The notes beneath the pieces are model-generated. The model saw only the letters and a program-made list of their open reading frames with translations. It did no database searches and was not told where the DNA came from. Source: Caulobacter sp. (GTDB lineage Bacteria; Pseudomonadota; Alphaproteobacteria; Caulobacterales; Caulobacteraceae). From it: DNA of 64,000 nucleotides. Shown here piece after piece: positions 34,532-44,365 of the stretch. A program made the position numbers and the translations under genes. Position 1 is the first letter of the stretch. Every line of letters starts with the position of its first letter. The stretch spans positions 14,089 through 78,088 of the forward strand of contig JANOSS010000105.1 in NCBI GenBank assembly GCA_031415995.1, in the 5' to 3' direction.

Positions 34532-37063
34532 TTAGACTCTCGTATTCGAAGACTGGGCCAGAAACGATTTGGCGGTTTCACGGACCGCCTCGGGCGAGGT
34601 GAGGTCAAGCACCTGGGCGGCAAGGGCGCGGCAGGCTTCGAGATCGAGGGTGCGGACCAGGGCCTTGACCTCGGGAACCACGGCGGCGGTAGCAGAAAGC
34701 TCGGTAACGCCAAGGCCCAGCAGGATCGGCACGGCGGTCAGATCCGAGGCCGCGCCGCCGCAGACGCCGACCCAGCGATGGTGTTTTGCGGCGCCTTGGC
34801 AGGTCTGGGCGATCATCCGCAGCACGGCCGGGTGCAGGGCGTCGATACGGGCGGCCAGCTCCGGATTGCCCCGGTCCATGGCCAGCACATACTGGGTCAG
34901 GTCATTGGTGCCGATCGACAGAAAGTCGGCCTCTGCGGCGAGCAGATCGGCGGTGACGGCTGCGGCCGGGGTCTCGATCATCACGCCCAGCTCGATGCGC
35001 TCCGAGATGCCCATCTCGCGCCTGGCTTCGTCGAGCACGGCACGGACAGCGCGCAGCTCGTCCAGGCTGGCGATCATGGGGACCATGATCTTGCACTGAC
35101 CAACAGGACGCACACGGAGTATGGCTCGGATCTGGGTCTTCAGCAGATGCGGCCGCCACAGGCTGACGCGCACCCCGCGCAGGCCGAGCGCGGGGTTCTC
35201 CTCGGCCGGGATCGGCAGATAGGGCGCAGCCTTGTCGCCGCCGACGTCCAGCGTGCGGATGATCAGCGGCTTGCCGTCCAGAGCCGAGGCGATGGCCTGG
35301 TACTGACGGGCCTGCTCGTCCTCGTCGGGCGGCGTCTCGCGATCCAGGAACAGAAACTCGGTGCGCAGCAGGCCGCTGCCTTCGGCCCCGTTGGCGGCAG
35401 CGGCCAAGGCGTCGTTCAGCGAGCCGACATTGCCGAACACCTCGATACCGACACCGTCCTTCGTGACGCAGGCCTGATGCGCCGAAGCCTTGGCGAGCGC
35501 CTTGCGTTCCTGGCGCTGGGCCAGCTGGGTCTGGGCGGCTTCGAGCGCCGGCGCGTCGGGCGCAACGCGCAGCTGACCGCCATCGGCGTCGAGGATCAGT
35601 GTTGCGCCGTCGGCCACGGTCAGCACCGCACCGCCGACGGCGACCAGGGCCGGAATACCCATGGCGGCGGCCAGGATGGCGACGTGCGAGGTCGGGCCTC
35701 CGCGCGCCGTGCAGAAGCCGGCGACGAGGGCTGGGTCGACGCCCATCAGCTGCGACGGCAACAGTTCGTCGGCCAGCAGGATCGAGCCCGCAGCCAAGGT
35801 CGCGACGCATTCCTCCTCGCCGGTCAAGGCGCGCAGGACCTGACGCTCAAGGTCGATCAGGTCGTCGACCCGCTCGGCCAGGCGGCTATCGCCCAGGCCG
35901 CGCAGGGCGTCGACATAGCCGCCGACCGCCTTGCGCCAGGCAAAGCCGGCGCTCTTGCCCTGATCGATCAGGGCGCGGGCTCCGGTCGCCAGTTCGGGAT
36001 CTTCAAGGAAGGCCAGGTGCGCGCCCAGGATCGCCTTGCGCGCCTTGTCGCCTTTAGACGCGGCCAACTCCAGTCGACCGCGCACCTTGGTCAGCGCCTG
36101 GGTCAGGGCGACCTGCTCGGTCGCGACGCCGTCGCCGGCCTCGCGCACGACGATCTCGGCGGAGGACAGCCGAACGGCCTTGCCGATGGCCAGACCCGGC
36201 GCGGCGAGCACGCCCTTGAGCACACCGTCCTTGGGTAGCTTGGCCGGGCGGGCCTCAACGGCCAGCTCGACGGGCGCCGGAGCAGCGGACGCGGCGACCG
36301 GGCCGCCCTCACCCATGCCATCCTCGATAAGCGCGATGACGGCGGCGATGGCAGAGTCGGCATCGACGCCGCTGGCGGCGATGGTGATCGCGTCGCCATG
36401 GCGGATGGCCATCGACATCACGCCGACCGGACTACTGGCGCTGGCGCGACGGCCGGCGGCGACAAGCACGATATCAGCCTTGAAGCGGCGGGCGGTTTCG
36501 GCGATGCGGGCGGCGGGCCGGGCGTGGATACCGTGGACCAGAGGCACCACGACCTGACGCCCGATCTCGTGTTCGGCCACCGCCGAAGGCGCGATGGATC
36601 CGCCGATCGGCGACAGCTCCATCAAGGCGTCCCCGACCTCGGCAGCCCGGTCCTGCTCGCGTCGCACGATCTGGAAGACCTCGGGATTGGTGATGACGAT
36701 CGGCGTGATCAGGCTGCGAACGTTCTGGGCCAGGAAGTCCAGGTCAAAGGCGATCAGCGGATCGCCGGCCTTAACGCTCTGGCCCTCGCGGACCTGCACC
36801 TCGAAGCCCGCGCCCTCCAGCGCCACGGTCTCCAGGCCAAGATGCATCAGGATCTCGGCGCCGTTGGCGGCGCGCAGGGTCACGGCGTGGCGGGCCCGGT
36901 GCACCGTCATCACCACCGCATCGCACGGCGCGTGCAGCATCGAGCCGGTGGGGTCGATGGCCAGGCCGTCGCCCCGCATGCGCGGGGCGAACACCGCGGC
37001 GGGCGGCTCGTCGAGCGGCGCGATCCAGCCCTGCAGCGGCGCGGAGAGAACGAGATTGGACAC
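34532..37063 (-). CDS. nagF: Multiphosphoryl transfer protein EIIA-HPr-EI
   Basis: EIIA HLGLETV, HPr GIHARPA, EI GGPTSHVAIL, LLRTEFLF, GVMIETPAA, SIGTNDLTQY. Confidence 0.93.
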   Translation of the reverse strand: MSNLVLSAPLQGWIAPLDEPPAAVFAPRMRGDGLAIDPTGSMLHAPCDAVVMTVHRARHAVTLRAANGAEILMHLGLETVALEGAGFEVQVREGQSVKAGDPLIAFDLDFLAQNVRSLITPIVITNPEVFQIVRREQDRAAEVGDALMELSPIGGSIAPSAVAEHEIGRQVVVPLVHGIHARPAARIAETARRFKADIVLVAAGRRASASSPVGVMSMAIRHGDAITIAASGVDADSAIAAVIALIEDGMGEGGPVAASAAPAPVELAVEARPAKLPKDGVLKGVLAAPGLAIGKAVRLSSAEIVVREAGDGVATEQVALTQALTKVRGRLELAASKGDKARKAILGAHLAFLEDPELATGARALIDQGKSAGFAWRKAVGGYVDALRGLGDSRLAERVDDLIDLERQVLRALTGEEECVATLAAGSILLADELLPSQLMGVDPALVAGFCTARGGPTSHVAILAAAMGIPALVAVGGAVLTVADGATLILDADGGQLRVAPDAPALEAAQTQLAQRQERKALAKASAHQACVTKDGVGIEVFGNVGSLNDALAAAANGAEGSGLLRTEFLFLDRETPPDEDEQARQYQAIASALDGKPLIIRTLDVGGDKAAPYLPIPAEENPALGLRGVRVSLWRPHLLKTQIRAILRVRPVGQCKIMVPMIASLDELRAVRAVLDEARREMGISERIELGVMIETPAAAVTADLLAAEADFLSIGTNDLTQYVLAMDRGNPELAARIDALHPAVLRMIAQTCQGAAKHHRWVGVCGGAASDLTAVPILLGLGVTELSATAAVVPEVKALVRTLDLEACRALAAQVLDLTSPEAVRETAKSFLAQSSNTRV

Positions 37064-37083
37064 GGGGTTACTCTCTGGAAAAA

Positions 37084-39375
37084 CTAGTTCGGCTTGAGCG
37101 TGACGCGGTCGATGGCGAAGGTCGGATCAACGCTTTTCGACGTAAACATCAGGCACAGGTCGTGCTGGCCGGCGCGCGCCGGGATCTTGCCGCTGATCGT
37201 CGACAGGGCCGGCTCGCGGGCGGCCTTGCCCAAGGGGATGGCGGCGACACGCTCGCCCTCGCAGCCCAGCAGCACCTCCAGCTCGCCCTCGGGCGTAGCG
37301 GGCTTGCGCAGCGCGATTTTCTCGCGCTCGGCTCCGATCTGGAAGTTGAACGGGACCTGGCCGATGCGGGCGGTCAGGGTCGCGCCCTTCGACAGGTCTG
37401 CGCCTTCCCAGATCCAGCAGGGGTTCATGATGTCGACATGGAACACGGCGCGGTCACCTTGGACCGGGGCGTCGTCTTCCAGCAGCAGGGTCAGCTTGTC
37501 GCTGCACGCCTTCAGCTGGTGGCCGGTGCGGGTGAGCAGGGAGTCAGGATTGACGCTGAGGTCGCGGATACGGCCCAGCGGACGGCCGTCGATAAACGTC
37601 CGAGCACGGAGCTTGTCGCTGGCTGTCAGGGCCAAGGCCTTCTCATAGAGGCTCGAGGCCGTCGTCGGCTCGGCTCCGCCGACCGTGTAGCGGATTTCGC
37701 CGATGGCCAGGCTGGAGGCCAGGGCGACATCCACCTTGCCGTCCTCGCCGGGCGACAGACTGGCCTGGGGCTCGAAGGGCACTGCGTCATAGGCTACGCC
37801 CAGGGCGTCCAGGCGGGCGAACTCGGCCGGCATGCGGCGGTTGAAATCAGCCCAGTCGGTGGTGGTCTGCGGCGACCAGCCCCGCTCGGCCACGGCGACC
37901 AGACGCGGGAAGATCATGCGCTCCAGCCGCGCGTCGGTGCGCATGTGCTCGGTCCAGGCATTGCCCTGCAGGCCGATGACATGCTTGCGCTCGGCCTCGG
38001 TCATCTCCTTGGGAGCCGGATCAAAGTCGTACACGTCCTTGAGACTGACCACCCGGCCCCGGCCCGGAGGCTCGTCGGGCGAAGCGCTCTGGCGGTTGTC
38101 CAGATACATCAGCGGCCAGGGCGACAGCACCGTGTCATGGCCCAGCTTGGCCGCAGCGATCGCGCCCTCCAGGCCGCGCCAGGACATCACAGTAGCGTTG
38201 GGGGCCAGGCCGCCCTCAAGGATCTCGTCCCAGCCGATCAGGCGGCGACCGCGCTTGTCCAGATGCTTGCCGACCCGCTGGATGAAATAGCTCTGGGCTT
38301 CGTGCTCGTCCTTCAGGCCCAGGGTCTTCATCTGCGCCTGTATCCTGGCGCTGGCCTTCCACTGGTCCTTCACGGCCTCATCGCCGCCGACGTGGATATA
38401 GTCGCTGGGGAAGAGGTCCATGACCTCGTCCAGCACGTCGTTGAGGAAGGCGAACGTGCCGTCGTCGAGATTATAGAGCCAAGGGAAGATGCCCCAGTTG
38501 TTGCGGTCGTTGGCCGGCGGATTGGCGTTCACGCCCAGCTGCGGATAGGCGACGATCGGCGCCAGGGCGTGACCCGGCATCTCGATCTCGGGCACGATGG
38601 TGACGTTGCGGGCGGCGGCGTAGGCGACCAGCTCGCGCACCTGGTCCTGGGTGTAGAAGCCGCCATAGCGGATGGCCTTGCCGGTCTTTGGATCCTTGCC
38701 CGCCGCGCCCGCCGGGGTGCGCCAGGCGCCGAGCTCGGTAAGTTTCGGGTACTTCTTGATCTCCAGCCGCCAGCCCTGGTCGTCGACCAGGTGCCAGTGG
38801 AAGGTGTTGAGCTTGTGGGCCGCCATGGCGTCGATGATCCCGCGAAGGGTCTCGACCGACTGAACGTGGCGGGCACTGTCGACCATCAGACCGCGCCAGC
38901 CAAAGCGGGGCGCGTCTTCGATGGCCAGGGCGGGCAGGTCGACCGGACCCTTGCCGGCTTCCTGGGTGGCCAGCTGCCACAGGGTCATGGCACCATAGAA
39001 CAGGCCCGCGCGCCTGGCGGCTGTGATGGTCACGCCCGAGGGGCTCGACTGCAGGGCGTAGGCCTCGCCGGCCGCGCCGCCGCGCGCCAGGACGATGGCG
39101 GGCTCGCCGGCGGCGGGCGCGCCATCGACTACGGCGGGCTTCAGGCCCCGGGCGCGGAACAGAAGATCGGAAAGCTGGACGGCCACGCCCCTGGCCTCGA
39201 CATCGCCCCTGGCGACGAAGATCCGGGTCTTGGCGGTCAGGGCGAAGACGCCCTCGGCGGTCGACAGCCTGGCCGGCATCGGCGTCAGGGCCACGGGACC
39301 CGCCAAGGCCGGAACGGCGGCGGCCAGAGCGATGACGGAAGCCAAGGCGGCGGCGACGGATCGGGCGAGGGTCAT
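37084..39375 (-). CDS. GH20 beta-N-acetylhexosaminidase, secreted
   Basis: DAPRFGWRGLMVDSARH, HWHLVDDQGWR, PEIEMPGH, HVGGDE, IGWDE; signal peptide. Confidence 0.93.
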   Translation of the reverse strand: MTLARSVAAALASVIALAAAVPALAGPVALTPMPARLSTAEGVFALTAKTRIFVARGDVEARGVAVQLSDLLFRARGLKPAVVDGAPAAGEPAIVLARGGAAGEAYALQSSPSGVTITAARRAGLFYGAMTLWQLATQEAGKGPVDLPALAIEDAPRFGWRGLMVDSARHVQSVETLRGIIDAMAAHKLNTFHWHLVDDQGWRLEIKKYPKLTELGAWRTPAGAAGKDPKTGKAIRYGGFYTQDQVRELVAYAAARNVTIVPEIEMPGHALAPIVAYPQLGVNANPPANDRNNWGIFPWLYNLDDGTFAFLNDVLDEVMDLFPSDYIHVGGDEAVKDQWKASARIQAQMKTLGLKDEHEAQSYFIQRVGKHLDKRGRRLIGWDEILEGGLAPNATVMSWRGLEGAIAAAKLGHDTVLSPWPLMYLDNRQSASPDEPPGRGRVVSLKDVYDFDPAPKEMTEAERKHVIGLQGNAWTEHMRTDARLERMIFPRLVAVAERGWSPQTTTDWADFNRRMPAEFARLDALGVAYDAVPFEPQASLSPGEDGKVDVALASSLAIGEIRYTVGGAEPTTASSLYEKALALTASDKLRARTFIDGRPLGRIRDLSVNPDSLLTRTGHQLKACSDKLTLLLEDDAPVQGDRAVFHVDIMNPCWIWEGADLSKGATLTARIGQVPFNFQIGAEREKIALRKPATPEGELEVLLGCEGERVAAIPLGKAAREPALSTISGKIPARAGQHDLCLMFTSKSVDPTFAIDRVTLKPN

Positions 39376-39556
39376 GGACGGGCTCTCACGGACACGGTGG
39401 GCGCGGCAAAAAGTGGGCGGAGCGACGAAGCGCCCCGCCCCAGCTCCATGCTTGCAGGTCAGGAGGATCGATTTGGCGGCGATGCGAAGCGGACCGGTCA
39501 TCAGGTGATCCTGAACCATGCCGCCCCCGATGCAATCGTCGCCTGAAAGAAGAAGA

Positions 39557-39590
39557 TCGGGACTTCCGGAGAGGGGGCCGGAAGTCCCGA
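39557..39590 (-). terminator. Intrinsic terminator after the nag TBDR
   Basis: tcgggacttccgg / ccggaagtcccga stem followed on the minus strand by tcttcttcttt. Confidence 0.75.
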
Positions 39591-39596
39591 CGCGCC

Positions 39597-42272
39597 TTAG
39601 AACTTGAAGCGGACCCCGGCGTAGAAGGTGCGGCCGTTGTCGTAGATTGCGCGCGGCACATCAGGCGTGCCCACGAAGTACTTCAGCTTCTCGTTCAGCA
39701 GGTTCTGGGCATCGAACGTCAGCGCGATGGTCTCGTTGACGTTGACGCTGACCGAGCCGTCCAGGGTGGCGAAATTGTCCTGGAACATGTCGGTGCCACG
39801 ATCGGTGCCCGACTTGAACTTCGAGCGGTAGCTGTAGGCCAGCCGCGCGCTGAGCAGGTCGTTCTCGAAATAGCCCGTCAGGTTGTAGGTGTGCTTGGAG
39901 CTGCCATCGATCGGCTTGCCCAGGTCGGTCTGAGCGTCCGAATAGGTGTAGTTGCCGATGAAGCCGAAGCCGCCGCCGATGGGCTGCTGAAGGGTGACCT
40001 CGAAGCCGCGGTTGGTGCCGCCGTCTCCGTTGATCGGACCCGTCATCGTGAAGGTGTCACCCTTGCCGGTGCCCAGGCGTTGCTGGGTCTGCTGGGTGAC
40101 GTGGAACTCTTTATAGGTCCGGCTGGTGATGTAGCTGTCGATATCCAGCAGGAAGACGCCGACCGACAGCAGGGCTTCCGGGCCATAATACCATTCAGCG
40201 GCGGCGTTAAACTGCCAGGCGCGGAAGGGATCCAGTTCCGGGTTGCCGCCGGCGGTGCCGGTGACGGCCGTGTCGTTCAGGCTGAAGGCGCCCGCCAGCT
40301 GGGCATAGCCAGGCCGCGACATGACCTTGGCGGCCGAGAGGCGAACCACGACATCCTCGTCGGCATTCACGACCAGGGTCGCGCTGGGCAGGATGTCCCA
40401 GTAGTCGCGATTGACGTTACGGGCGCCGAACGAGCCAAACAGGTTGGTGATCGTCGGGGGCGTTACCGAGCCCGAATACTGGGTGGTGTCCTGGTCGGTA
40501 TGGACGGCGCGGACGCCGACATTGCCGCGCCAGCGATCGCCGCCGAGCTTGGCCATCGCATAGACGGCCTGGGTCTTTTCCTGCACTGCGAAGCTAAGCG
40601 GCGGATAGTAGGCGAACTGACGACCGCCGTTGCCGCTAAGGGCGGCAAGGACCTTGGCGCGATCGGCCAGGACGTAGCCCTGACCTGACAGACCGATGTC
40701 CTCACCATAGTTGGACGGCGTCGACTTGCCGACCACAGTGCCCAGGTCAACGCCCGAGGTGCCGCTGTAGACGCCGTTACCGGCCCAGCCATAGGCGGTG
40801 TAGTTCACTTCGCGGGTGTGGTCGGTATAGCGGCCACCGAACAGCAGGGTCTTCAGATAGCCGTTGTCGACCGAGTACTCGACATCACCCTTGGCGTAGA
40901 GCTCTTCGTCCGGGCTATCGACCTTGCCGCCCCACGACCAGCTGTAGAAGTTGTTCAGATAGGCGGCCGAACCGACGGCCGGCAGGCCGGGATAGCTGAC
41001 CTTGGTGACCGGCGCGCCGAGCTCGTAGCTCATGCCGGTTTCCCAGTAGGTTTCCCACGCCTCGGTGTCGTCCGTGGCGCCTTCGCCCTTGGTGTAGCCG
41101 ATGTTGCCGCTGATCTTCAGCTTGTCGCTGGCGTGATAGACGCCGTCGAGGTTCAGATCCCAGGAGGTCGAATGCGCGGTGCGGAAGATGTCGTCCTGCA
41201 CCATGCCGCGGCTCTTGGTCCCGTTCGGCGAGGTCGCCGCCCAGGTCGCTGCGCTCAGAATGCCGTTGCTGATCTTGTAAGAGGTCAGCGCATTGCCGGC
41301 AGCGCCCGCCGGACCCGTATTGGCCGAGATCAGATTGCTGACCCACGCCATGCGGTTCACGTTGGTGTTGTCGGCGTCCATCTTGGTGTAGAGGCCCGAG
41401 AACGACAGTTCCAGCTTCTCGTTCGGCTCCCACTGGGTGACGAAGTTGGCACCCTTGCGCTTGCGGGTCTGCTGGAAGAAGGCGTTGCCGATCAGGTTCG
41501 GCGCCAGGACGGTCTGACCCGTGCCGGCGAAGTTCTGATACTCAGTATAGCCGAGGATTTCCTGGCCATCGCGACGGAATTCGCGCTCCTGATAAAAGGC
41601 GCCGACCAGGGTCCCGAAGGTGCCGGCCTCGTTCTTCCAGCTGAGCAGGCCCGAAACCTGGGGCGTCCACTTCTCGGCGCGGGTCGCATACAGACCCTGG
41701 ACCGAAGCGTTCGCCGTCATGCTGGGCAGGTCCAGCGGCATGCGGGTGTGCACGTCGACCGTGCCGCCCACGCCGCCCTCGGGGATATTTGCCGCCGAGC
41801 TCTTGATGATGTCGATGCGACCGACAACTTCCGACGGCAGCATGGAGTAGTTGAAGCTGCGACCGCCGCTGGTCTGATCGAGCACGAACCAGTCGCCGGT
41901 AGCGATGTTGTGGCCGTTCAGCAGGGTCAGGTTGAGGTTGGGATCGGTGCCGCGAACGCTGACGCGCTCATTCTCCCCGAAACCGCCCGCCGCAGCCGAT
42001 CCGGTGACGACATTGACGCCCGAAACGCGCGACAGAGAGTCGGCGACGTTCTTGTCCGGGAATTTGCCTATGTCTTCAGCGGTGACCACTTCCGACACCA
42101 AGTCGGAGTTACGCTTCTGCTGCATCGCCGCCTGCAGAGAGGCGCGAATACCGGTGACGACGACTTCGTCGACCGTGTCCGCCCGCGCGGTTTGCGCGTA
42201 GGCGGGCATTGCGACCATCATCGCCAGGGCACTGGCGGACGCGGTCAGGACCATTTTTTGAAAGCTTCTCAT
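39597..42272 (-). CDS. TonB-dependent receptor, probable chitooligosaccharide/GlcNAc importer
   Basis: DEVVVTG TonB box, NVADSLSRVSGV plug, C-terminal FKF; inside the nag cluster. Confidence 0.93.
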   Translation of the reverse strand: MRSFQKMVLTASASALAMMVAMPAYAQTARADTVDEVVVTGIRASLQAAMQQKRNSDLVSEVVTAEDIGKFPDKNVADSLSRVSGVNVVTGSAAAGGFGENERVSVRGTDPNLNLTLLNGHNIATGDWFVLDQTSGGRSFNYSMLPSEVVGRIDIIKSSAANIPEGGVGGTVDVHTRMPLDLPSMTANASVQGLYATRAEKWTPQVSGLLSWKNEAGTFGTLVGAFYQEREFRRDGQEILGYTEYQNFAGTGQTVLAPNLIGNAFFQQTRKRKGANFVTQWEPNEKLELSFSGLYTKMDADNTNVNRMAWVSNLISANTGPAGAAGNALTSYKISNGILSAATWAATSPNGTKSRGMVQDDIFRTAHSTSWDLNLDGVYHASDKLKISGNIGYTKGEGATDDTEAWETYWETGMSYELGAPVTKVSYPGLPAVGSAAYLNNFYSWSWGGKVDSPDEELYAKGDVEYSVDNGYLKTLLFGGRYTDHTREVNYTAYGWAGNGVYSGTSGVDLGTVVGKSTPSNYGEDIGLSGQGYVLADRAKVLAALSGNGGRQFAYYPPLSFAVQEKTQAVYAMAKLGGDRWRGNVGVRAVHTDQDTTQYSGSVTPPTITNLFGSFGARNVNRDYWDILPSATLVVNADEDVVVRLSAAKVMSRPGYAQLAGAFSLNDTAVTGTAGGNPELDPFRAWQFNAAAEWYYGPEALLSVGVFLLDIDSYITSRTYKEFHVTQQTQQRLGTGKGDTFTMTGPINGDGGTNRGFEVTLQQPIGGGFGFIGNYTYSDAQTDLGKPIDGSSKHTYNLTGYFENDLLSARLAYSYRSKFKSGTDRGTDMFQDNFATLDGSVSVNVNETIALTFDAQNLLNEKLKYFVGTPDVPRAIYDNGRTFYAGVRFKF

Positions 42273-42430
42273 AACTCGGCTTCTCCCCATTTCGCCGGAC
42301 CTAGGCCCGGAGCCGAACCCCAAGCCCAATGTGGTACCAATTATCTACGGACGTCCGCAGATCGCGGTACTTCTCAGGCCTCGGAGCCAGACTGTGACGA
42401 AAATTTGTCGGATGACAAGTCCAAAAAGAA

Positions 42431-42469
42431 ACCAATTGCAGACCATGTTCTTATTGGTATGAAAATGGT
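42431..42469. promoter_or_regulatory. Dyad-symmetric array of GntR (NagQ-type) half-sites
   Basis: ACCA 42431, ACCA 42442, TGGT 42455, TGGT 42466, symmetric about 42450; extra TGGTACCA at 42332-42339. Confidence 0.6.
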
Positions 42470-42528
42470 CATATGTTATCGAGACGACCAAGTGATGGCG
42501 TTGATTTGTGGGGGAGGCTGATTTGACC

Positions 42529-43272
42529 ATGTTTTCGGAACGGATTGGCAGGCTCGACGCCGGCGGTGCAGAGCACGCGCCCCTCTACAAGCAATTGCAG
42601 CGCGCCCTGCGCGACGCGATCCACAAGAAGATCCTGGGCCCCGATGACGCCCTGCCCGCCGAGCGGGACATGGCCGAGGAATTCAGCATCTCGCGCATCA
42701 CGGTGCGCAAGGCACTGGATGGTCTGGTCAGCGAGGGCCTGCTGACCCGCCGTCAGGGCGCCGGCACCTTCGTCGCCGCGCGGGTGGAAAAGAGCTTCTC
42801 CAAGCTCTCGTCCTTCACCGAAGACATGATCTCGCGCGGCCGCGTTCCGCGCAGCGAGTGGATCAGCAAGAGCGAAGGCTCGGTCACGCCCGAGGAATCG
42901 CTGACGCTTGGCCTGTCGCCCGGCACGCCCGTCTATCGCTTCGCCCGGATCCGCTATGCCGACGGCGCGCCGATGGCTGTCGAGTACACCACCGTCGCCG
43001 CCTTCGCCCTGTCCTCGGCCGAGACTGTCGGGACCTCGCTCTATGAGGCGCTTGAGGCCACGGGGCATCGGCCCGTCCGCGCCCTGCAGCGCCTTCGCGC
43101 CGTCCTGTTCAACGCCGAGCACGCCGATCTTCTGGGCGTGCCCGTCAAGGACGCCGGCCTGCTGATCGAGCGGCGCGGGTTCCTGAAGGACGGCCGGGCG
43201 GTAGAAGTCACACAATCCTACTATCGCGGCGACGCCTATGACTTCGTCGCCGAACTGAACGCCCTGTCCTGA
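42529..43272 (+). CDS. GntR/UTRA regulator of the nag cluster (NagQ/NagR type)
   Basis: LPAERDMA, RITVRKALDGL, RRQGAGTFV, LSSFTEDM, YYRGDAYDF. Confidence 0.9.
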   Translation: MFSERIGRLDAGGAEHAPLYKQLQRALRDAIHKKILGPDDALPAERDMAEEFSISRITVRKALDGLVSEGLLTRRQGAGTFVAARVEKSFSKLSSFTEDMISRGRVPRSEWISKSEGSVTPEESLTLGLSPGTPVYRFARIRYADGAPMAVEYTTVAAFALSSAETVGTSLYEALEATGHRPVRALQRLRAVLFNAEHADLLGVPVKDAGLLIERRGFLKDGRAVEVTQSYYRGDAYDFVAELNALS

Positions 43273-43285
43273 AGGAAGACCCATC

Positions 43286-44365
43286 TTGGAGGCCACGACC
43301 TTGACCCGACCGCAGGCCCCCGCGACATCGGCGCTGCTGGCGCCGGAATCGACCCGCATGTTCCTGGAAGCGGGTCAGGCCGCCCAGGTCGTCGCCGCCC
43401 AGCTGATCGACAACGCCGCCCGGGTCGAGGCGATCGCCCGGCGTCTGCGCGCCCATCCACCCCGCGCCGTGGTCACCTGCGCCCGAGGCAGCTCGGACCA
43501 CGCCGCCACCTTCGCCAAGTATCTGATCGAGACCCGCACCGGCGTCCTGACCTCATCGGCCGGCCTGTCGGTCAGCTCGGTCTACGCCGCCCCCCAGAAC
43601 ATGGACGAGGTGCTCTATCTGGCCATATCGCAATCGGGCAAGAGCCCCGATCTGCTGGCCTCGGTGCGCGCGGCCAAGGCGGCAGGCGCCTTCACCATCG
43701 CCCTGGTCAATGATGTGACCTCGCCTTTGGCCGAGTTGGTCGACGAGGTCCTGCCGCTGCACGCCGGGCCCGAGCTGAGCGTGGCGGCGACCAAGTCCTA
43801 TATCGCCGCCCTCTCGGCCATCACCCAGCTGGTGGCGGCCTGGACCGAGGACGCGGATCTGACCAAAGGCCTTGCCGCCCTGCCCGCTGGCCTGGCCGAG
43901 GCCTGGGCCCTGGACTGGACGCCCGCCATCGAACGTCTGACGCTGGCCCGCAATCTCTATGTGCTGGGACGCGGCGTGGGGTTCGGCGTCGCCCAGGAGG
44001 CGGCCCTGAAGTTCAAGGAAACCTGTGGCCTGCATGCTGAGGCCTTCAGCGCCGCCGAGGTGCTGCATGGCCCGATGGCGCTGGTGAAGACCGGCTTCCC
44101 CGTCCTGGTCTTCGCCCAGAACGATGAGAGCCGGGGCAGCGTCGACGAAATGGCCGCCAGCCTGACGGCCCGCGACGCCGACGTCCTGCTGGTCGGCGCG
44201 GGTGAAGTGGGCGCCGGCGTGCTGCCCGCCCTCGCCGCCCATCCGGCGATCGAGCCGATCCTGATGATCCAGAGCTTCTATCGCATGGCCAACGCACTGT
44301 CGGTCGCGCGCGGCTATGACCCCGACAGCCCGCCCCATCTCAACAAGGTGACAGAAACCGTCTGA
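43286..44365 (+). CDS. nagB: SIS-domain glucosamine-6-phosphate deaminase (NagB-II)
   Basis: CARGSSDHAA, ISQSGKSPDL, SVAATKSY, EAALKFKETCGLHAEAFSAAEVLHGP. Confidence 0.88.
   Translation: MEATTLTRPQAPATSALLAPESTRMFLEAGQAAQVVAAQLIDNAARVEAIARRLRAHPPRAVVTCARGSSDHAATFAKYLIETRTGVLTSSAGLSVSSVYAAPQNMDEVLYLAISQSGKSPDLLASVRAAKAAGAFTIALVNDVTSPLAELVDEVLPLHAGPELSVAATKSYIAALSAITQLVAAWTEDADLTKGLAALPAGLAEAWALDWTPAIERLTLARNLYVLGRGVGFGVAQEAALKFKETCGLHAEAFSAAEVLHGPMALVKTGFPVLVFAQNDESRGSVDEMAASLTARDADVLLVGAGEVGAGVLPALAAHPAIEPILMIQSFYRMANALSVARGYDPDSPPHLNKVTETV

Noticed and set aside
36970-37015. NagF EIIA N-terminus reads DEPPAAVFAPRMRGDG instead of the usual PDxVFAxxMMGDG
   Set aside because: The differences could arise from a few A>C/T>G changes typical of sequencing error, and the phospho-His motif is intact; needs read-level checking
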